64,000 nt of DNA from Octopus vulgaris (Eukaryota), in assembly GCA_951406725.2 (NCBI GenBank), contig OX597814.1, positions 55,800,001 through 55,864,000 on the forward strand, read 5' to 3'. How positions within the stretch are numbered: the first letter of the stretch is position 1; each line of letters begins with the position of its first letter. The translations under genes and the position numbers were made by a program. Below are positions 27,030 through 38,327 of the stretch, piece by piece. A model generated the notes under the pieces. It was not told where the DNA came from. It saw only the letters and a list, made by a program, of their open reading frames with translations, and did no database searches.

Positions 27030-28400
27030 ATTTAGAGAAAAACCTCTATTAAACAATTCAATAATGAAAGATGTTATTCACACCATATAGAAAACATACA
27101 CTATAAAAACCTTATTCTAAAAATCAAAAAAGTACAAAAACAATAAATAGTAAATCGTAGTAAAAAGACTACTATTTTACTAAATCGTTTTGTGGCCATA
27201 TTTTCAAATAGATAAAGATAATAAAATCAATTCGATTTAAGATTAAATCAATCTAAAATTAATTCTATTTAAAAATATAGTCACTCATCAGGTCTAAAAT
27301 AATAATAAAAAAACAATAATAGAATATATGTACTTATGTTAACTTATATTAATTATCAAATAAATATAGAAAAATACCAGTATTAACTATAAATAATTGA
27401 AAAACATTTAACAATATTTCTTAAAATAAAAACATAACTTATCTTATCGAAGGATTCTGTTAACTAAAAATTTAAACTTAATATGTAGAACTTAGCATTT
27501 ATAAGAAACTAGCAGTATCGCCCGGCGTTGCTCGGGTTTGTAAGGGAAATAACTATATAAGCATTTTTAGAGAGTTACTTCCCTTATAGATGCCAATTCG
27601 GGCTTTCTTAGCCATTTCTGTTTTGGTGTCTTCAAGCCATGAAGTCGTTCTTCTAAAAGAACGTTGGTCTCCTTGACAACGCTTTACGACGTTGATTTCC
27701 TTACACTCCCTTCCCCACAGCTTCACGAGGGAGGGAAGAAGGGGGAGAAGCAAACAGGTGCAGGTGTTTGAGCGTGGACGCCAACTCCGCCGCCATCGAC
27801 ACACGAAAAATTATGCATTAAAATGGAATAAAAAATTATGTTAAATTATTTTTAAAATCGTAGACTCATCGTAGACGCGTACTTATACTCAGACGGGCTC
27901 GATATGAATCACGACTATAAGATACCCGGTTTTGGTTAAACTGCACCGCAAAATGTGGGAGTAGTTAGGAATCTAAATCGAAGGGGACAGACACTCACAC
28001 AACTACAGTTTTATATATATAGATGATGATCGCGTGAAAATATGGCGTAAGTAGAATTTATAGAATGAATAGATAAAAATATGTATTTAAGCTATTAAAA
28101 TTACAAATGTATTTTTGATGTGAGAATAAGAAAAAAAATTAACTTTAATATACCATTTACTGAAAAAATTGAAAAGTCTAAATAATTTAAAAACTAAAAT
28201 ACGTAAAATATATAATATAATAAACATAAATTAAGCTAAATTTCTATAATTTAATCTATTTTCAATAATTTATTTATTTATTTTATAAACATCTAAGTTT
28301 CATCTTATTCTAATTATGTAATATACACTATATAATCTCGTGCTAATTTATACACATTTTACTACCACAAATTATAACTACAACAATTAGTAACATAAAA
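27030..28400 (-). mobile_element. Penelope-like 3' terminus (AT-rich) interrupted by a Helitron, with a degenerate hammerhead at about 27172-27302
   Basis: Minus strand CTGATGA gtgactatattttt...aaaatatggccac AAAAC: long stem II, G12>A. Abuts (TA)n. Confidence 0.5.
27509..28023 (-). mobile_element. Young non-autonomous Helitron
   Basis: Minus strand starts TC(tatatatataaaac) and ends with the hairpin cccgagcaacgccggg, then CTAG. Inserted between A and T with no TSD. Confidence 0.9.
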
Positions 28401-28539
28401 CAGGGTTTAGAGATTGTAAAGGCTCCAGTTGCATACTGCTCACATTAAAGTGGTGGTTTGGTGTGATGATGTTTTTCCTGATGCATACAATGTGTGTTAG
28501 TTTGCTGTCAAAGGAGATATAACCCTAATGAGGGATATA

Positions 28540-29105
28540 ATAATAATATTAAATTCTTTAATAATTCTAAATATAATTATAATATAAAAGGTTATAATAT
28601 AAATGATTCCTTTATTTTTATAAATAATAAACCTAATTATTATGATAAGTTTTATTTAGGTAATTATGGTATTAATAACATGTATTATAATACAAAACAA
28701 GAATATAATAATAGACTAAAAAATAAGATTAAATTTAATTCATTTAATGATAATAATAAATTTAATAATATAAAAAATAAATATAATAATATTAATAATT
28801 AGAACAAACATTATTAAAGAGATTTTAAATATAATTGAAATATTCATTAGAGATAAAAAAATATAACATTTTTTTTCTAGTAATAATTTTGGAGTTGGTT
28901 ATTCTACTACTAATAATGTTGGTAACATTATTTCTTCTTTTAATAAATTTAAGCTGAATAAGTTTTACAAAAACAAATCAAATAATTATTCCAATAATAA
29001 TAATAAAGACCAGAATATAATTAATTGTACATGTAGAAATAAAAATAAATGCAATGTTAATAATAAATGTAATTTCAATGATGTAGTATATAAATGTATA
29101 GTGAC
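28540..29105 (+). mobile_element. Penelope-like ORF fragment (Asn-rich linker and start of GIY-YIG)
   Basis: RTNIIKEILNII...GYSTTNNVGNIISSFNK...NCTCRNKNKCNVNNKCNFNDVVYKCIVT. Confidence 0.75.
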
Positions 29106-29114
29106 TTTGATTGA

Positions 29115-29990
29115 TGACAAAACCTAGAATCAAAGGGCCTTAAAGTAAACCTAGCAAAGACCAAAGTTGTTGTTAGTAAGAAAAAGGATAAAACTCCCTT
29201 TCTGTCAGGTAAATGGCTCTATGAAAGAAATGGGTTGGAAGAAAGTCCATTCACTGCACCCTGTGTAAACTATGGACACATAAGAGGTGCAGTGGAATCA
29301 CAGGTAGATTAACAGATAAAGTAGTCTTTGTATGTGACAGATGTGCAGGAACAATTAGGACTAAGAGCACACATGACCTAAATTCTCTCAAATGCCTAGG
29401 AGACTCTCTTGAGGTTGTAAATAGTTTATGTTACCTAGATGACCAAATTAGCAATGGTGGAGGATGCTCTACAAGTATTGTTTCTAGAATAAGAACTGGG
29501 TGGAGGAAATTCAGAGAGCTATTACCTCTGATGGCAACAAAAGGACTCTCTCGCTCAGAGTGAAAGGTAGACTATATGATGCTTGTGTGTGAACTGCTAT
29601 AATCCATGGTAGTGAGACATGGGCTCTGAATGCAGAAGACATGTGTTGACTGGAGAGAAATGAAGCTAGTATGCTCTGTTGGATGTGAAACATCAGTGGG
29701 TATGTATGACAAAGTGCAAATATATTGAGAGAAAGGTTGGGCACAAGAGGAATCAAATGTAGCATGCAAGAGAGAAGATTACGTTGGTTTGGACATGTGA
29801 CGTGTATGAATGAGGACAGCTGCATAAAGAAGTGCCACTCACTGAAAGTGGGTGGTACCCATGGAAGAGGGAGACTCAGGAAGATGTAGGATGAAGTGGT
29901 AAGGACTGATCTCAGGATGTTGTGCCTAATGGAGGAAATGACAATGGACTGAGATGTCTTCTAGAGAAGGCCTGCCCACGTCAGCAAAAC
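29115..29990 (+). mobile_element. RTE-clade LINE 3' part with a Cys/His (PHD-like) insert, pseudogenised
   Basis: LESKGLKVNLAKTKV, SIHCTLCKLWTHKRCSG, RIRTGWRKFRELL, HGSETW, ERRLRWFGHV...GRGR. Confidence 0.9.
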
Positions 29991-31289
29991 TGATTTCTAA
30001 AAGCACTGGGTGTCCCACCCAACAAGAAAATTTCTCACACACTCTATCACAACAAACCAAACTACATCTCTACATCTCTTCTCTTACTTGCATTTCTACT
30101 TCATACACTATACTTACCTCCCTCTCCCCAATCCTGTCGACTTGGCCCTGTCCCATTGTATCATTGCTCTCTCCTAGCCCTATTACCTGTGTGTTCCATG
30201 CATACACCCTGCCTCACTGTATCATTGCTATCTGCTAGCCCCCAACCTGTGTGTTCCACCCATATGTAACAAGAAAACTTGTCACACATCTTATCCCAAC
30301 AAACCAATCTACATCTCTTCTCTTCCTCACATTTTCTCCTTCAGTCTCTATGTCTACTTCTCACTCCCCAATCCTGTCCTTACAGGATGAAAGGCAAAGT
30401 TGACCTTGGCAGAATTTGAACTCAGAACATAAAGACAGATGAAATACCACTAAGCATTTTGCCCAACATGCTGATGTTTCTGCCAGCTCACCAACTTAAA
30501 TAGCAAAATAAATATTAAGAAATAAAGAAATAAAATATTGTAACAAAATGAAGTATAAGTAATTTATATTTTATTTAAATGCTAAAAGTATTTCTGGATC
30601 ACCTTGTATATTCAAGATGTCAATAAAAATGAACAGGTTCAAAAACAGTTCACACATTGAATATTTAGGTTGTGTAATTTCTCATAGCCTAAACATTTGA
30701 TTCACTCAAATTGCAGCCTCTTGAATTGATTTAGTTTTCATGCATAAAATGATGAACAACATGCTGTCACTTTTTCCTCTAACTTTTTCACTATTTCTGT
30801 AGACCAAATCAATGTACCAATCACCTCTTCCATTGATTTGTAACAAGAATTAACAAAATACAGCACTTTTTTTTTTCTGGTTATATTCCTATCTTTTACT
30901 CACTTCAAGTCTTGAAACTCATTCTATTTCTGACCTTAAGAAAAGACTGACATTTTTTTTTTTTATCTGTTCTTGTTCCTCAAAGTTGCATTGTTGTTCC
31001 CTGCCGAAATACAATTTAAGTTGAAAAATTAGGACATCTTAATTTTTAAATTATACAGAATAAGTAAGACAGATATTTTATTTCTCCTTCATTCTTATTT
31101 TCTATATTATATATTATTTACCTTTCTTTTATTTCAATCATTGGACTGTGGCCAAGTTGAAGTAATTGCATTCAAAGGTTTAGCTGAACAAATTAACCTA
31201 TGTACCTTTTTTTTTAAAGTCTTGTACTTATTCTGTCAGTCTCTTTTGCCACACCTCTAAATTACAGGGATATCAACAAACACACACAC

Positions 31290-31327
<38 letters not shown>

Positions 31328-31329
<2 letters not shown>

Positions 31330-31825
31330 CACCAAAAATTTAGATTCAGATGAATATTGTACTTAAGTTAAGGCACCAGAATTTAGTACGGTATTATCCA
31401 TACAATTTCAAAGTAAGGTGAATGAAATCAAAATAAGCAACAAGGATATCCAAAAGTAATGCAGTATGATCATTTCATGCAAGTCCATTTAATTGAACAA
31501 TGCAATCATTACATCAATTTAAAATGCAGAGCAATCTTCAGCTGCACAAAGACATAGAATTTAATTAAATTAGTTTAGAAGAGTAACTTCTAAACTGGAG
31601 TGAGACAGCATGTTCTTTGTCTATCTCCTTAACTTGTTTGAGATTTTAGGTATAATTATACTAATGTGTCCATCTGTTCTAATTTAATTAAATTCTACGT
31701 CTTTGTGCAGCTGAAGATTGCTCTGCCTTTTAAATTGATTTAATGATTGCATTGTTCAATTAAATGGAGTTGCATGAAACAATCGTACTGCATTAACTCT
31801 GAATACCCTTGTTGCTTATTTTGAT
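31328..31825. mobile_element. Penelope-type fold-back in (TA)n with a hammerhead motif in each arm
   Basis: Arms 31427-31573 / 31679-31825. Plus strand: gtgcag CTGAAGA ttgc...tgcat GAAAC aatc GTA ctgcat (31705-31793). The mirror copy on the minus strand reads GAAAT gatc ATA. Confidence 0.75.
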
Positions 31826-31938
31826 ATATATATATATTTCACTTTAGGTATAGCAAGACTAATAACCTAATGTAGAACTCAATATACATATGGTTCAGAA
31901 TGAAGCTTTAGTCAAGTACAGAGCGGTAATAAGAAAAT

Positions 31939-32102
31939 AAGATGACAAAAGAATCAATGATTATCTTATGAACTTCATTAGCCTACACCTGTTTCTGCTA
32001 TAAGCACTCAACTATGAATCCATTAAAACTTATAGCAGAACAGCTGTAAGCTAACCAAGTTCATCAGATGATTGTTTATTGTTTTGTTATCTTATCCTCT
32101 TA
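31939..32102. repeat. Degenerate fold-back retaining half a hammerhead (GAA(A)C agct GTA)
   Basis: taagatgacaaaa...tagcctacacctgtttctgctataag / cttatagcagaacagctgtaagcta...ttttgttatctta. Confidence 0.55.
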
Positions 32103-32108
32103 CACACA

Positions 32109-32151
<43 letters not shown>

Positions 32152-32169
32152 GCATGCACACACACAGAG

Positions 32170-32345
32170 AAATAAAATAGAAGTTGAAAATGCACTGAGA
32201 ATAATTTAAAATTCATTATTATATTTAAAGATTTTTTGTATACATATGAAAAATCTTTAAATATAATAAAAAAATTTAACTATTCTCAGTGCATTTTCAA
32301 CTTCTATTTCTTCTATATTTCTTCCCATGTAGAATAAGATAACTT
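32170..32345. repeat. Short fold-back element between (CA)n and (TA)n
   Basis: aaatagaagttgaaaatgcactgagaata...tattctcagtgcattttcaacttctattt, arms of about 65 bp. Confidence 0.7.
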
Positions 32346-32391
<46 letters not shown>

Positions 32392-32393
<2 letters not shown>

Positions 32394-32700
32394 AGGCGCA
32401 ATGGCCCAGTGGTTAGGGCAGAGAACTCGCAGTCGTAGGATCGTGGTTTTGATTCCCAGACCGGGTGTTGTGAGTGTTTATTGAGCGAAAACACCTAAAG
32501 CTCCACGAGGCTCTGGCAGGGGGTGGTGGCGATCCCTGCTGTACTCTTTCGCCACAACTTCCTCTCACTCTTTCTTCTGTTGGCCTGCTCGCTTAGCCAG
32601 CAGGGTGGCATCATTTGAAGACTAAAACAATGTGAAGCACATTGTGACCAGCGATGTGTAGCAACATCTGATAGCCTGGTCAGTCATGTGATCACATGAT
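32392..32700 (+). mobile_element. tRNA-derived SINE (family D)
   Basis: A box tggcccagtgg, B-box-like gttttgattcc, tail gtcatgtgatcacatgat. Flanked by (TA)n. Confidence 0.75.
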
Positions 32701-33271
32701 ATATATATATATATATGTGACTGGCTTCAAAAAGGTTTCCACCTACCAAATTCACCCACAAGTGATGGTTGGGCTAGGGCATTAGCAAAAGACACATGCC
32801 CAGGAAACCACTATGGGACTGAACTCAAAGCCATATTCCTGCAAAATGAGCTTCTTAACCAACATCTGTACCTGTACCAACAAACAGGTTTAAAAATTAT
32901 TTTTTGTGTATTAATTTACATTTATTGCATATAATGTACAACTGGATGCATTTTGTTTATTTATTTATTGTACTAGTATTCATGTTAGTTTCCAATATAC
33001 TTTCTCTTCTTTTTCTTTGGTTCATAATGTACTGGGGAAAATATTGGCTTTTCATACTTTTCTGAAAATTGCTTGTTAATTTCCATATGTGCTTTTTAGA
33101 AATGATTAAAATTTACTTGTATTCACAAAACGTTTTCATCTGTGGGGCTTTTTTTAGGTGTGGGGGAAGTGGTTTTGTTAAGAACAGCATTATGTTAGAG
33201 ACTTAATGCAATAAGGCAGATTCAAGAAGCTGATTTAGTAAAAAAAGTAAAGGAATATGTGTACATGCATG

Positions 33272-33322
<51 letters not shown>

Positions 33323-33744
33323 GAGAGAGACAGCATATGAACAGAAGATGCCTTGAAATTTTCCCGCAAAAACAAACAAGCAAAAATAAAAAGCAAAATC
33401 AAAACAAGTTTTTAAGCTATTCAAATTGTTGTTGTAGATGTATATATTCATGGAATACAAACATTCTTTGAATATGATGTTTTGTCGGGTATATAACATT
33501 AAAAAATTTTGTAGAGTTAATGTGTACAAATTTCTTTCCAATAGTCTACTAATTTCTTTTCTACTATTTGAGATTAATATAATTTCATTTCGTAATTTTT
33601 CAAAATACTTTTTTAGTTTTTTTTCAATGCTATGAATTTCACTTAGATATCCTCACATACTTATTTCTTTAGAAAAGTTTGTTTCATCTCTATGCAATAT
33701 TTAAAAAAATTTTTTTTAAATATTTATTCAGGATATAAATTATA

Positions 33745-34170
33745 TTCAGTACTCACTGGAAAAGGGTAAAGGGAAGACAGAGAGTGGCAATAAGTCAAGT
33801 AAACAAAGGTAGCAATGAAAGCCAAAATGCACCCAGAGTAGACAGAATAAAACACAAAGACGAAAGCGAAGCATATAAGATCCATAAAGAGGATAAGGGT
33901 GCATAGACATGTCAGAAGTAATGTTGGTGAGTATTTCAAGAAGCATGGAATTTTTGAAGGATGCAGTGTCCTAACGGATAACAACCAACACAGATCATTT
34001 ATTCCATTCTTCTATTATTCTGAGCATGATATAAAAACATTTGGTAAATGAAGAAACTTTAGTGTGTCAATGTCCAGAGAAGCAAGATATTCAACATATG
34101 GTAACTGATAGAGGGAATTTGTTTAATTTCTATTTCTTTGAAAGTTTCTTTTTCAAATTTCAATTTGGCT
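33745..34170 (-). mobile_element. CR1/L2-like LINE 3' end
   Basis: Minus strand EWNK*SVLVV...DTASFK followed by a 3'UTR-like tail. Confidence 0.5.
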
Positions 34171-36489
34171 TCTTTTATGGTTTCAGTTTTATGAACAAAT
34201 AATTATTTGATAAATAACTGAGTTTGAGAAGTATATTTTGCATGAGTTGTGTAGAATAACAGAATGTTCAAGGCCTTGACCTTTATTCAAGAATGAGGAA
34301 AACTGGAAAAAGATTTGTTGCTGTTCATCCCTCAGATCTGCTTTGATTGAGCAAACCAATGACCAAATGTATTCTTGTAATGATTAGCCTGTTTATTTAT
34401 TTGGTTTTTATTTTTGTTTTATTTTTTCCTGGTTAGTATACCTAGAACTGTATCATTGTCCTATTGTTCATAATGTTAAGATATGGAAATTCTGCTGCTA
34501 TTTCTACCAGATCTAACATAGAAGCTTCATTGTTGACTCAAAAATAAAAATGAAAAATAAGTGGTGTAGCTATTTGGGTTGCAGTAAGTAAAATTTACCT
34601 TTTATTTCTGTTTTGTCTCTAAGTCATGTTACCATCACATTCGATTTTACGCTCACAACAATGGAAATTATCAAGCCTCTTACTAACCAATTATTACCAC
34701 TGTACACCATCACCAGTTTCCTTGGAATTTGATATTTTAAGCTATCTATTTCATCGGTTTATTGACAATTTTGATTCAGTTCCTCATTCCACTTTTTATG
34801 TGTATCATATGCACAAGTGTTACATTTTGCTTTTCTTTATCCAAAGAATGTCATCCCCACATGAATTACTTCCCTTCCCATTCTTTTCTCAAAGATGTTC
34901 CAGATAATCATTGATTTCATCGGTTGATATGTACAGCAAACGTCAAGGGTACAGCTCTTGCCCCACACCAAACCACTAAAAATTAAAAGAAAAAAGAAAA
35001 ACCTTGAGAAAACTACCCTAGAGTTTTATGTGAAATTGAAGCTACAAATCACCAACCTGAGTTTTAATGCTATTGCTATCATCTTTGTACCTTTATTCCT
35101 TTCAGATCAATAAAACAAACACCAGCATAATATTCATGTTAAATTGATCAAATATTTTTGTTTCAATTAAAAGAACAAGAGCATAAATGCACAGGCATTG
35201 CTGTGTGGTTAAGAAGCTTGCTTCCCAACCATGTGGCCTTGGGTTCAATCCCACTGTGTAACAGCTTGGGCAAGTGTTTTCTGCTATAGCCACAGGCCAA
35301 CCAAAGCCTTGTAAGTGAATTTTACAAACAGAAACTGAAAGATGCCCATTGTCTATGTGTGTGTGTGTATGTGTGTGTGTATGTGTCTGTGTGTATAAGT
35401 ATACACACACATATACACTCCAGAAATTAACTATTCAAGTGAACTCAAGCAGAATATTCCTGAATTAATTGTAAAATGACATTAGTGATTGCAAAATGCG
35501 TTGTATTTTAGTATAATATAGAAGCCAGTAGAGTACAAAAACAAACTTGCATGCTGTTGAATAAATAAGAGTATACAAGTGAAAACAGAAAGTTAATCTG
35601 CATAAATGTTGGCAGTGGCTTGATATCTGATAAAGCTCAGTTTCTCTGTATTTGTTATTACATTTTGTTTATGAGGAATTACATGATTCTGTAATACTAT
35701 ATAACTCTTTAAATTTGATAGGTTTGGTGTTATTCTATGATAATAATATCATCATTATTACAGCAACAATTTTAATGTTATGATAATGTATCAATATTTA
35801 ATTTCAACCCTTTGCATTCAGTGTTTATATTGATCTGAAACTGATTTCACCTTTTGTCCCTCTGGGTTTGATAAAATGAATTCCATGTATTTCCTATTAA
35901 TACAAATGATTTAGAGCCCTTCCTGCAAATATTTGACCTTCTGCCAAGGTAAAAAGAAAACCTTATTACTCATTGTCATTATCATTTCACCTCCACCACC
36001 ACCATCATCACCACCACCATCTTTGAAATCATGAAGGGCAACATCTGATAGAAACAGAGGGTATTTAATTTCAGCCCTCAACATTCTGTGCTCAAATCTC
36101 TAGAGGGTCAAGTATTGCCATTTATCTGCTTGGGGGTTAATAAAAATTAGTGCTAGTATGATACTGTAGTTGATTAATTAAATATAGTTATTCCATACAA
36201 GAAATTGGCTCTGTGCCTTGACAGCATAAATAATTATTACAAATGCCATTGCTATAAGTATCATCCTCATCATTGAGTTTATTATTGTTTTGCATTATCA
36301 TTATAGTGGTTGTAGTGACCCTTATGAGTCAAGCAAGCTTCTGCAGAGCTGACACTGCCACACAGTTTTCCTCAAGCAGGGTTTAAATGGTACTGCTTCC
36401 TTCTTCCTTCTGAAAAAAAGATTCAGACTTTGCATCTATTAGAAGATTAAAGTGATGGTGAAGAGTTATTAGCTAATCAGCATAATGTC

Positions 36490-37020
36490 AGAAAGATGTT
36501 TTGCAGGACTTTAACTTGTATACTATTCTGTTCCAGAGAATGAGTACCATCTGATCTTCCAATACCATCAGCTTACACAAAGATCCAGGTCTATCAGCGC
36601 ATGGTTCTACCAACATTTTTCTTTGCTAGTGAGACACAGATGAGCACCATGAAAAAAAACAGAAAGCTAGATGTTTTCCATCAAAGATGCTTAAGAGAGA
36701 TTTGGGGAACATAGTAGCAAGACCAGTAACCAGTGGAGATGTTCTTAAGAGACCCAACACAAGACCACTTAGTGAAGTCAACATGGAACTCAGACTGAAA
36801 CTAGCAGATCATATACTTCGGTTGCCAGAACAATACCATTCTAAAGCATCTTTCAAATGAACATTAATAAAGAGAAAAAGAAAGAGAAGTAGATTGAAAA
36901 CTACATGGCACAGAACATTCACTACCAACATGAGAGAAGCCAATATCACATGGGTGGATGTAGAGAAGACTTCAGCCAACAAGAGCCAGTGGCATTAGCT
37001 TACTGTCCAGTATGTTGAGG
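36490..37020 (+). mobile_element. RTE-like LINE C-terminal fragment (second family)
   Basis: FASET...KLDVFHQRCLREI...LRLKLADHILRLP...RKRSRLKTTWHRT...W. Confidence 0.75.
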
Positions 37021-38115
37021 AACTGATAACTGATACTCATATTATTCTGATTTCAGATCCATACATGATCAATTCTGCTTTGCATCAGCTGGGACTTGAT
37101 TAAATAAATACCAGTGAGATACCAGAGATTAATACTCTTCCTTACTTAAAAAAAAAAAAAATTAAATTACTAAAAACTAGTGAACTAGTCAAAAGAAATT
37201 GTTTAAAACTCAAAGTCTACAAAATGCTTTTTTCCTGTTTGTTAAAACATGGAGAGGTAGGATGGCTTGTTGGACAAAGAATTAAACTAATTTGCCATGG
37301 ACTATGCATTGAAATTTTACTGTAGTTATTCGCTGTTTTTTTTTTTTAGGGTAAAACATTTTATTATACATTGATATAGTTAATTTGTCTGGTATACATT
37401 GATATAGTTAATAAGCTGGTAGTTCACCTGAGAGCATTAGCTACAAAGAATGAGGTAAATAGAAAGCTATTTCCTGTTACTAATAGCTATCAAATCTTTG
37501 AATTGTACCCTACAATTTTTGATAAAGAAAAAAAGAGGACATATTGGATAAAAAAAAAGTCAGGATGTACTATGCCATGTAGGAAAAAATATTACTGAGC
37601 TGGAAGGTGCTTGGTCATAGATCTGCTCAATCAAAGCCAAATTAAGGTTTATCTATGAGAAATAAATTTGTCACTCGCCTAAAAACCAAAAACTGGGATG
37701 AAACTCTGGCCCGTAAAATTTCCTTGAAACATAAGACTATTAAATTATAGCAGCACGTTTCAAACAGATCAGCTGTAATCTGTATTTGTGTTGACATATG
37801 AGTGCAAGGATGACTGTGTGTTTTAGGAGTCCACTTTGTAACTGTGTGATTCTGGGTTGATCCTACAGTATGGCATCTTGGGAAAGTATCTTCAATTATA
37901 GTTTCAGTTAATCAATATCTTGTCAGTAGAATCTAGTAGACAGAAAACTATAAGGAAGTTCATTGTACCATACATGCACATGTCTGCATACATCTATACA
38001 TATATGCATGCACATACACATTAAATGTATGTGTGTTTCTAAAAAGTTGATTCTCTTCAAATGAAGTTCTTTGCACTGAGTTACAAATGCTCCTTGAAAT
38101 TAGTAATTACATTAA

Positions 38116-38327
38116 CCCTTTCCTTACCAACCCAGCTGAAACCAGCTCTATCTAAGTACAAATGTCTTGTTTTCATAAGTTTCGAATTAAAATCTTCCAT
38201 CAAACCTTAGTCACAATTTATGTTCCTAGTTGAATGATAACAAAGTTATTTTACTAAATTCTTTTTTATATCTAAAGTAATTGAAAGAAACACAGAGCAT
38301 CTCAAAATAAATACAGTAATGAAAGGG
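38116..38327. mobile_element. piggyBac-like MITE
   Basis: TTAA TSD (38112-38115, 38328-38331) and TIRs ccctttccttac / gtaatgaaaggg. Confidence 0.85.

Noticed and set aside
28494-28802. Asn-rich host protein
   Set aside because: The frame is a chimera of an inverted LINE piece and PLE low-complexity sequence.
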